A stretch of 64,000 bases of DNA from Botryllus schlosseri (taxonomy: Eukaryota): positions 20,460,001 through 20,524,000 of the forward strand of contig CM119379.1 in the NCBI GenBank assembly GCA_051294905.1. The letters are read 5' to 3'. Positions 12,101-21,706 of the stretch are shown piece after piece. The notes beneath the pieces were generated by a model. That model was not told the DNA's origin. It searched no databases and worked only from the letters and a program-made list of their open reading frames with translations. The stretch's first letter is position 1. Each line of letters opens with the position of its first letter. Made by a program: the position numbers and the translations under genes.

Positions 12101-15009
12101 ATCCTTTTGCTTACACATGTAAATATGCAATAGATCTGTAAAGTTGATTATTGATATAATTTATTTTTGATGTCTGGACGAATTCACCATTTTTTAGGGT
12201 TTAGGCACGGGATTACTAAAAACTGCAGGCTGATATGGCAAAACGGACGTATAGCCAGAAAGCATGGTTCTCAGTTATTGAATCTTTGTATCTTTTTCAA
12301 GCTGCGTATGCTGTTGTTGTTCAACGTTCCATGAAGTGCCTTGGCATATGGGAAAATAGCCGTTGGATGTTGACGGCTTGCCCTCATCAGTTTTCCACTC
12401 TATTATATCTTGAAACTTTACCGCTCAGGTCAGGTGTTGCACAAAAGACTGCTAAACACAGTACTCCAAGGCTTGTCTCAATTCGCGCACTTGATCAACA
12501 TTGACTTCTTCAGTGACTTGGTGCTTGTGTTACAAAAGCTTGTGACGTCCGGCGATCTCAATTTCAAGCAAAATCTGTACTGCATCTTCACCACTTTTAA
12601 GGTAACTATGAATGCTATATCACAGAGTGCATTCGATTGCTAAAGGGTGTGCTATATTCAGGTGTTGTCCGGTCAAGGAGAAGCTCTGAATATTGATCCT
12701 TCTGAATTCTATAAGTACCTGTACGCTACTCTCACCGATGTGGTATACATTTCGGTTGGACCGCTGAATTCACGTAAAAAGGATGGCGTTGTTAAATCCA
12801 ACGAATTGGAACTGGTTATGGAATGCTTGAACATAATGCTTGACAAGAGAAGGAAACAGGTATATTGAACTAATGTTGGAAGTAATCCGAATCTATAAAT
12901 GTCTCCGATTTTATCTTGGGCCGACAACCTAGATCTAAATTGACAGTTTACCCAAGCACGTTAGTGTTGAGATGAAAATCATAAATGTGTGATCGACTGC
13001 CGTGAAGGCATAGATTACATTTATACTCCAGTCAATGAATGAGCTGTGCTTTTTCTCAAATCAGCCACAGAATCTTGATCTGTGACCTGGGAATTTGACA
13101 CTTGCTGTTCCAAATAATAATACTCACCCACGCTAACCTAACCCCTAGCCTGAATGCATTAATACATACATACCAGGTGCAGAATGCTGGGTTCACCAAG
13201 TGTTGTATACAGGGATATCCCTGGTTGTATATCACAATTGATGCTCATATTCAGTAAAACATTCATTTTAGATTTTATTGAAAGAATATATATTGATGCA
13301 TCGCTTTCATAAAATTATCTGTCATTACATTTCTAATTACGTATTCAGCAAGGGTATCCTCCGAAACACTAGTCAACCTTGACGGTAGTTTAAACATCCA
13401 ACTTACCAATTGGTATTTATCCGTTTGAACATACGAACTGCTATTTATTTTATTTTAGGTCACACTGAATCGGCTGCAGGCATTTGTGAAGCGTATATGT
13501 GCCGTATCTATGAATGTGCATCCCGGCAGCACTGCGAACAGCATGTTGACTATAGCAGCGAAATTACTGCAAAGTAATTCTAAGACCAGTGGGCTGTTTG
13601 ATCCCGAATCACAAGTTAAAGGTGAGATTCTTTTTCTCAGTGCTAGGATGTATTGCATTGATGGTATTAAGAATCAGATCTATGGACTTCTGGAGATGAT
13701 GTACGCCACAGGATCATGCGCTTTCACCTGGAGGGCCCCAGATTACGTTCCATTCTACAGTATTATGGTCAGGAATCATGAAATAATGATATGTTGTCAT
13801 TATTGTATTCATGAGATAATCATACTTCATGTATGTCCACAATACAGTGTAGGGATGACTCGAGTCAACTTTTTCGTATGACTTGACTGGACTCATAGTG
13901 ACTTTGCAAAAATGTGGATTGACTCGTGACTCGGAGCAAAATTTACAAGTCTATTTCAAGTCATCAAGTAACCGGTGGCGATTAAATCACTGCATCTTTT
14001 GTATTTTCGGATTGTTCGTGGTGCGCTGTTGTCACTTGTGAGAACAACCAATCATTCACCGATTGTACTTTTCTCCTATCCTCCATTGTTACATCACAAA
14101 TAAATTGACTGATGACCTCAAACGAAATGATCACAGCACAGCTTACCTCGTCGTAATAGTAGATTATTGTAATAGCAACGTCGGCCTATCTCTGTTTATT
14201 AGACCGCTCTGCGCTAACATTGCATGGCGCTCACCTTTACTAACCCTCTTATATGATTTATATGAAATGAATATAGTTGATACGTTTATATTCTCACGGA
14301 TGTGTAGATGGTTAGTGACTTAGTGTATTGTATCGTATCAATATGTTTCAAATTCTCGAGTCTTCGTATTCGATCCTCTATTTCGGCTGATAATAACAGA
14401 ATGTAGCATGTAGCTATACAGTTACTCACATATATTATTGGCAGTACTCCGTGTGCGTGAGCGGGACAACGCATTTCCGCACGTATATTCAACTTTATAT
14501 TCGTTACTCGATTCAAGAGAAACGGGGAATTAATCTGTCTTTTAACACAGTTAGCCAAATGTAATGACTTTGAATGATCACTCGTTCTTCGGAAATTCAA
14601 TTTGACTTGGAGTGCGACTTGACTTGAGACTTGACCTGACTTGAGTCACCTCCAAAAAACGAGTGACTTGACTTGACTCAAAATGTTCACTGACTCGAGA
14701 TGACTCTTGACCTGAAGGTAGTGACTTGATCCCAACACTGTCACAATATAATAATATTACTCACCAACTGTTTTGCACAAATGTTGCTGCAGCTACACAG
14801 TTCTTGTCTTTGTTTATTGCATAATCATTGAAATAAACAAATCCAAATTATTCATATTTTCAGGTATATACTTACCAGAGCTGGAGGACCCTGAACACAG
14901 TGGTTCAACATCCACATGCTTGTGGGAGCTTCACGCTCTAAGACGACATTTTTGTCCGGATGTCCAAAATCAGTCTTTGAGAATTCTGAAGGACTCTAGT
15001 AGTCTCTGA
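9183..15009 (+). CDS. NOC3L: Nucleolar complex protein 3 homolog
   Basis: Phase-consistent exons: 9183-9204 (tentative first exon), 9295-9677, 10203-10329, 10389-10535, 10594-10829, 10885-11221, 12429-12601, 12662-12859, 13459-13621, 14864-15009; about 643 aa. Motifs: LLPIKSKSG, GYRIRQLTE, VKSLCELYEKTTHFNFHQNI, FAHLINIDFFSDL, LSGQGEALNIDP, GIYLPELEDPE...LWELHALRRHF. Confidence 0.93.
13845..14740. mobile_element. hAT-type MITE (GACTC-rich family) in the last NOC3L intron
   Basis: TIRs CAGTGTAGGGAT / ATCCCAACACTG. 8-bp TSD ccacaata / tcacaata (7 of 8). Subterminal arrays of tgactc/gacttga motifs. Confidence 0.85.
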
Positions 15010-15349
15010 AATGTTTGATAGTTCTTTCATCATGCGTTAAGATTGCTTCTTGGAAATTTGATTTCTCTGTATAAAAGCTTGATCCGAGGGAAGAGGGTTA
15101 TTAGTTGCGATAAGACTATTTCGCAGAAAAAGAATTGCTTTAGTTCTCGTCGGTGATAAATGAGTTCAGAAATTGCTTGCACTTCAGCTCAGATAGATTT
15201 GTAACCACTAGTCGGAGTCAGTACATTACCATCAGGAACTACAGATTTATACATTGTATATTACTGGGGATGGGCACGAGCGCATGGCACAATGATCCGA
15301 GCACCTAAATCGGAATTTAGTGGTGACGTGGAAGCATTGAAATCTCGCC

Positions 15350-15410
15350 CAGGGGCCTCCAACCTACTTGCCCAGAAAGCCACATGCAGTGTACGAATGA
15401 CTACGAGGGC
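15350..15410. mobile_element. Left-end fragment of a Charlie-like hAT MITE
   Basis: caggggcctccaacct...aaagccacatg...gagggccac resembles Charlie-type termini. No matching right end was found. Confidence 0.35.
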
Positions 15411-15447
15411 CACTTGAGTATTCACCTAAACATTTACTAGTTTACCA

Positions 15448-16197
15448 CGGGGTTGTAATGACTCGACTCGAGTCACGATTTTCGGATGACTCGACTCGAA
15501 TCGAGTCAATCTGTGTATTGACTCGACTTGGACTCGAGTCATTGCGCATGACTCGAAGCAAGTCATTGACTCGCGATTCAAACGGCCAAGACCGACATTT
15601 CATTGTAATTTCGAAGCCAACACACTATTGGGATTTCGTTTGTTGGTACTGGTGCTTGAAAATCCGACCAGAAACTGCTAAAAGTGAGGAGAATTGATAT
15701 ATTATAAATGCGAACCATTCAATATCACCAAACAGATTTAAAAAATGGGTTTAGGAAGACTTTAACTGGAAACTGAGCAGTCAGTTTTTTTTTTTTTTTC
15801 TATTTTCCTTTAACTAAACATTTCTTTACAGCCAGACTGTTCAGAGTCAAGTGTACCTGTTTGATGCTGGTGTGATCAGACTAGATGACCTTCACGGTCT
15901 TATCGATCATTCCTATCTAATACCGAATACTGTGCACGCATATTTTCTGTACCACCATCACTGCCGTTTGCTATGTATTTTGGTTCGATGAAAATAAAGA
16001 CTCTCTCTCTCTCTCTCTCAACACAATGACTCGGACTCGAGTCATAATACCATGACTCGGACTCGATCCTCTGTTCGCTGACTTGGACTCGGACTTGACT
16101 CGGTGGGATTTGAAAATGACTCGACTTGACTCGAGTCAAAAATATAAAAGTGAGATTGACTTGTGACTCGGAGCCTTGTGACTTGGTTACAACCCTG
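15448..16197. mobile_element. hAT-type MITE (GACTC-rich family, second TIR type)
   Basis: TIRs C(G/A)GGGTTGTAA / TTACAACCCTG. Perfect 8-bp TSD gtttacca (15440-15447 and 16198-16205). Dense gactcga arrays at both ends. Confidence 0.9.
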
Positions 16198-16782
16198 GTT
16201 TACCAACTTTTTCCAAGTTACTGACTGAAATTGGCATTTACATACGTTGTATATTGATAATCAGATTTACCGGCAGAGCTGTTGAAAGTGCTATTTCCAT
16301 CATAGTTTGCCCGGCAGGTCCGACCGTTCGGTAATTGTTATGATGATCATTTGCTGGTAGCATCCGGTACGTTGCTCAAAATTATCGGTATCGGTCGCAT
16401 GAAACGTACTTTTGAATGGTAATCCGTGGACTAAAATCAAAGGGTGTATAATAAACTGAACGAGACATTCGTTCACTATGAAGCCTCCGTAGGTTAGTTA
16501 TTTATAGTTTGAGTGTTCATATTCGTGTGCCACAGTTACGTCAATGTAGCACAGTGTGTCATCACAACTAAAGTCACTGTTTACGTATAGTTTCATTCCA
16601 ACGTGTCTGCGGGTTAAAACAGAGTGTAAACTTTCGAATTTCAATACACCACCAGACTGCGATACAACGAAAGATAAGAAGGTATCGAAACGACTTCGAT
16701 ATCAGACACCCATATCTGTCCTTGGCGCTATAAAAAAGGAGGCAGGCACACTGAATGCAAAGTAAAGGAAGATAATATAAAC

Positions 16783-18653
16783 CAGTGGTTCTTAACCTTG
16801 CTCCCAGCGCCCCCCAGGGGGCGCTGGCGATTTTGAAGGGGGGCGGAAACGCTCAGGGGGCGATATGGGGGGCGCTGGGCTTAGGGGGGCGATATGGGGG
16901 GCGCTGGAGAAAAATGGCTTCACAGTAGATGATGTGGTGATAGGACATATCCTTAATGAGTATTCAGAACAAATCAACACCGAAAACTTCGTTATATATA
17001 GCCTTTAAAGTACATATAAGTTTAATTGTCCATGGGCGCCTAAATGACTGGCACCGAATGTTCCTGTCTCGGCAATCTGAACCCCAGAACACGAACTCCA
17101 TCTGGCAGGGAAAAATTATATGCCAGTGAAGAAATACCAATTTGAAATCGTGTGTGTCTCTTAGTTTAGTACGATTGGGCGACAGGGATATTCCTGTTGG
17201 GCGATATCCCTGTTGGGCGAATCTATATTTTTTTGATATTGCAGACAGGAGGTCACGAAATAACATCATGCAACGAAGTCATATTTACGGGTTAGCCCGC
17301 CCGAATATGTTTAATTATTAGTTACGGGCCCTACAGTTTCCAAGACACCTCACAATGTTCGCTTCAAGTTTTGATGAGTCTGCGCACACTCAACAACTCA
17401 CTGCGCTGACCCTTGGACAACAGTGCGTAACGACTAAAAAAAGGTCATAACTTCGGATTTGTTGTGAGCAACGTAGATTTTCTGTGCGCAGAGACGGTGT
17501 CAGCACTGCGCACGTACGCAGCTTTGAGGGAACATTACATCTCACTCAGCTCTACCGGTAAATCTGGTAACGTGAGCAGAGAGGACAAGAAATTGATAGC
17601 AATATGTTTGCAATCCCCGGTCTTACTGACCGATTTTAGCATGAATTATCGAAAGTTTTCGCGCTTCGCACTGGCTCGCTAAGCAGTACAGCTGATTCCG
17701 TGGCAAAAGCGAACAACGTGATGGGGGGGGGGAGGGGGCGGTCGGTTTATCACCCTATGGGAGCCCAAGATCAAAGTTTTTTCGGGGGCCTGATGAAGTG
17801 ACGTTTCGTTCCTGCCAACGGGTATACGCCCGAAGATGTATAATTATTATTGAGGGGTCCTACCTTTTCAAACACACACCACTCAGCTCTACAGGTAAAT
17901 CTGTTTACGTGAGCAGAGAGAGGAATAAAATTGATCTCAATATTCATGCAATGCCAGATCATATTGACCAATTTCAATCATTAATTAGTGAAATTTTCCG
18001 CGCTTCGTGCGTCTAGGCGAGAGTAGCTGCCTCAGTAAATGGACACCCAATGTAGATACCTAGTATCAGCAAATAGCGGACAGCCGAATGGGGGTCTGGG
18101 GGTGAAGTCCCCCGGAAGTTTGGTTTATCACCCGATGGGGGCCCAGGACCAACGTTTTTTGTTTGGGGGTGGGCGCTGACGAAATGCTGTTACGGCCCTG
18201 GTAACGAATAATTTTACCTACCAGCACGCCCGAATATGTTCAATTATTACTTACGGGCCCTTTATTTTCCTATACAACAGCTCACTCATCGCTACTGGTA
18301 AATCTGATTACGTGGGCTGAGAGGATAAAAAGTTTATAGCGTCTTATATATGTAATTACCACCTATTCATATTATGGAAGATTTTGGTACCTAAGGCGAC
18401 CAGGCCACACAAACTTTGCTGACGATCGAATTCATGCTATGGGGTTCGTGGGGGCGAAGTCCTCAGAAGTTTGGTTTATCACGCTATGGGTGCGCAAGGC
18501 AACCGTTTATAGGGGGGTTGACGAAGTGCTGTTACCGCCCTCCCTCTTACTCATTGTCTTTATTACATTCCTCACAATATGAAGTTGGGGGGCGCTGGAG
18601 CACGATAATTTTTGAAAGGGGGCGCTGGACGAAAAAAAGGTTAAGAACCACTG
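16783..18653. mobile_element. Non-autonomous hAT (Charlie-like) element, 1871 bp
   Basis: TIRs CAGTGGTTCTTAACCTT / AAGGTTAAGAACCACTG. Perfect 8-bp TSD atataaac. gggggcgctgg subterminal repeats at both ends, three diverged internal repeat units and no transposase ORF. Confidence 0.92.
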
Positions 18654-18975
18654 ATATAAACGGACAGGTAAAGAAAAGGTGGCATGTGTCGGGAGGCGAG
18701 ATCGATATGTCAGCTTTTGCTGTAATATAGTTAGCCACAAGCTAATACACATAATGAATTGATGTACTGTACAGTACACATGCTGTATAGTAATGTGTAT
18801 AGTAGTAGTAGTAACCGTAGCCAAGGGCAAAACCAAAGAAAGAGTCATCCACGAGGCCCTACCTTTAGAAGTTAGGAGTAACTTTACGAGTTCAAGAGTT
18901 CATGGTTTTGATGGCGACAGAAAGTCTTAAGTTTACTACATATGTCACTCCACTGCAATATTGAAAGCTCTAGCT

Positions 18976-19822
18976 CAGAGGTCTCAAACACGCGGCCCGC
19001 GACGGCATTTTGCATTTTGGAGTATTCGACAATATTTTACTACCAAGCATGCCAAACTCACTTACAATGCAACATTCTTGGCTTATTTTGGCGAGTTCCA
19101 GGGCTACGAACAGAATGAAATTGATACCTTCGAAATCAATACCGTGGTAGCTTTCCATTGATACCCGTTTTATCAAATTTAATGCTGTACAAGCCGGTCA
19201 AAAATTACCGTCAAATTGCCTTTGACCAAATGGAAAGTGTGACGTACACCAATTTCAGTGAGTCGTGAGATCTGCTTGTGTCCACGCCATATAGGACACT
19301 ATGAACAAACTATCAAACTGGTAGGAGAAATAGTAAAATATCAAAAGGTCGTAACTTATTTAGATATCTAAGCAGGTAGGTATATGGCAGCCGCCATTGG
19401 CATTACGCTGCCCCTTTGATGTATAGCTGGTTACATCCTGTGTCATCTTGGGTATCTTTATATATGTTATTATCGCCAATTTAATGTGGCGAGTATTAAC
19501 TAGTCGTAGCATATACGCTTCACAGCTGTAACACTAATGAATGGATTATTCGGTGATTGCACATTTCTATTGCTATGGCACAGAACAAGTTGTTATTGAT
19601 GTGTTCCAACATTCGAAGGTAAAATCAAACGCAGATTCTATTTGACTTCGGCAATGACATGATCAATATAGCCTAGTTATCAGGAGTAGGCTTATGCTCG
19701 AAACCCGGAAATAAGGCCTACTTTGAAATACATTGAATTCCCCTATTATTGGTGTTGCGGCCCGCGGCGCCATCAAAATGTCGGAAATTGGCCCGCGAGC
19801 ACATTTGAGTTTGAGACCTCTG
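18976..19822. mobile_element. hAT-Charlie-like MITE
   Basis: Perfect 14-bp TIRs CAGAGGTCTCAAAC / GTTTGAGACCTCTG with gcggcccgcg subterminal motifs. The left flank ctctagct resembles the Charlie target consensus NTCTAGAN; the right-hand TSD copy is damaged. Confidence 0.82.
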
Positions 19823-20087
19823 CAGCTCAAATCAACAGCGTGGTTCCCCATTCCAGGCTCCAAGACCACTTGATAATAATAACGACAGTTACACCACGAT
19901 CATTTATTAATGAAACTGACGTCAATAACAGATACCGAGAAATATTGGTGTCAGAGATCATTCCGGCAACTATACAAGGTAGACTTTACTTGCGGTCGAA
20001 CGAAATTACTGCACCACGCGCTGAGTATAGTCCTGTCAGAAGGCTGTATTTGCCACGAACAATACCATTTCAAACCGCCGCCAAATT

Positions 20088-20468
20088 TCACTGAAGGCCC
20101 TTTTTCCCCATCAAAGATTTGTGAATATGGGGAATAACGCCTCCTCCTGCAATCGTCGCCCTAATAAGGGAATCCAATTCTTCATCGCCTCTGATTGCCA
20201 ATTGTAAATGTCTTGGAGTAATTCGCTTGACCTTGAGATCCTTGCTTGCGTTACCAGCCAATTCAAGAACTTCAGCAGTAAGATACTCCAATATAGCAGC
20301 CCCATAAACCGCAGCGGTTGCACTCACCCTCCCATGCGGGGTCGACCTTGCCTTGAGGTGCCTGTGAACACGGCCTACTGGGAATTGTAGGCCTGATCTA
20401 GCAGATCTTGATATTTTCGAGATCTTTTTTTGATCGCTTGATCCTTGTCCTGTTTTAGCGCCAGACAT
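20088..20468 (-). CDS. H2AZ: Histone H2A.Z (H2A.V)-type variant, divergent, intronless
   Basis: 126-aa ORF with the H2A.Z-diagnostic core [14 protein letters not shown]...[40 protein letters not shown] and [20 protein letters not shown] lies about 180 nt downstream (~19903-19908, minus strand). No histone 3' stem-loop was seen. Confidence 0.95.
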   Translation of the reverse strand: MSGAKTGQGSSDQKKISKISRSARSGLQFPVGRVHRHLKARSTPHGRVSATAAVYGAAILEYLTAEVLELAGNASKDLKVKRITPRHLQLAIRGDEELDSLIRATIAGGGVIPHIHKSLMGKKGLQ

Positions 20469-20558
20469 CTCAAGTTGTAAACGAAAGCAGAACGCCGGAG
20501 AAATACGATAACACTGCGGCCAAGCAACTCACCAAATCGAGAGTAGCTCCGCATTTCT

Positions 20559-20566
20559 TATTTATA
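20559..20566 (-). promoter_or_regulatory. Candidate TATA box of the H2A.Z gene
   Basis: TATAAATA on the minus strand about 90 nt upstream of the ATG, with a CCAAT-like motif near 20635. Confidence 0.45.
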
Positions 20567-20688
20567 ACGTGGTTACGACCATCATAGCAATATGTCACAA
20601 TCAGTGAGCATTATTTGTAACAATGGCAAATTTACCAATGGAAAATCGTCATAATCATGACCTCTGCTTACTCTTAGGGATAATAAAT

Positions 20689-21062
20689 TAGGCTTACCAT
20701 ACGTCCTCTTTTAAGAGGATTTGTCCTCTTTTTTGACTTTTTTGAAAGTGTCCTCGGAGGACGCCCTTTTGTCCTCTTTTTTGAGATTTTGTCCTCTTTT
20801 TTGAAAATTTAGGTCAGATTTAGAGGAAATTGCGAGTGATATGCCGCAAATTAGCGCAGAAGTGAATCTCCGGCGGGTATTTCGGAGGGAAAAGCGGTGA
20901 TTTTAGCTCTGAGCGAAAAGAAGACCTTTTTTTTTTTTTTTAGTCAACCGATCACGAAGTGGGACAAATTTACCGGTTTTTGAGATTTCTTCTCCAGTTT
21001 TGCATGTCTGAAATTTCTGAGAAAGTGTCCTCTTTTTACATTTCCAAAATATGGTAAGCCTA
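20689..21062. mobile_element. hAT-type MITE, 374 bp, between the divergent H2A.Z and coiled-coil genes
   Basis: Perfect 13-bp TIRs TAGGCTTACCATA / TATGGTAAGCCTA. Perfect 8-bp TSD taataaat. Repeated tgtcctcttttt subterminal motifs. Confidence 0.92.
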
Positions 21063-21549
21063 TAATAAATGATAATAAATTTGGCATTGTTTGTCGTTAT
21101 ATTGAAGTTCTGTACTTTCAAAAGCCTATTATGATGATAAACTAATATACTGATACCATATATTCGACTGATACTGGATAGCTGAAATGACTTGTTGTCT
21201 ACAGCATCTCGTGCCAGCTTTTCGGAGAAAGTGTGAACATTTAATATCTACCGTCGTCTTTATTTTCATCTATGATCGGAACTTTGATATTCTGCTTGCG
21301 GTTATTCCGATATTTCTCCCTCACTAAGCATGTCTCTTCAGTATCTCATTACTGGTAAGTAGTTGTGGGTGTATGGGTTATTATCATTACTAATCAGTCA
21401 TCACCATATTGTCTAACTTTATCATGGTGTCACTCGGTTGTGGTGTTGTGTGGCATCAAACCGATCAAACTATTAATTCATAAAAATGAATTAACGAACG
21501 AAAATTTGTCGTAGATCCGTCCAATGAACCGAATCATTGGTGGCGCATC

Positions 21550-21563
21550 GGAGCCATAGCAAC
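21550..21563. promoter_or_regulatory. Candidate RFX X-box upstream of the coiled-coil gene
   Basis: ggagCCATAGCAAC has a perfect right half-site of the X-box consensus (GTNRCCATRGYAAC) and lies 144 nt upstream of ATG 21707. Confidence 0.3.
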
Positions 21564-21706
21564 GTTTGAAGCTCGATGTTTGTCGTTGCACGTTAGAAAA
21601 GTTTAATGACTTGAAATACTACGAACGCCAGATACGATCTGCGGCGCTGTTTGTAATGGATCTATGAAGTGATTTTGTTACGATATATGAGAGTAGCCAC
21701 TGCAAA

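Noticed and set aside
15458-16139. ORFs rich in TR/DS/ES (15458..15697 +, 15900..16139 -)
   Set aside because: Translations of gactcga subterminal repeats of a MITE.
19635-19645. attctatttga, an 11-nt match to the start of an ascidian spliced-leader sequence
   Set aside because: Too short, inside a MITE, and not followed by a donor or Sm site.
19723-20094. 123-aa plus-strand ORF
   Set aside because: It spans a MITE end and the antisense of the H2A.Z 3' UTR, starts at TTG and has no recognisable motif.
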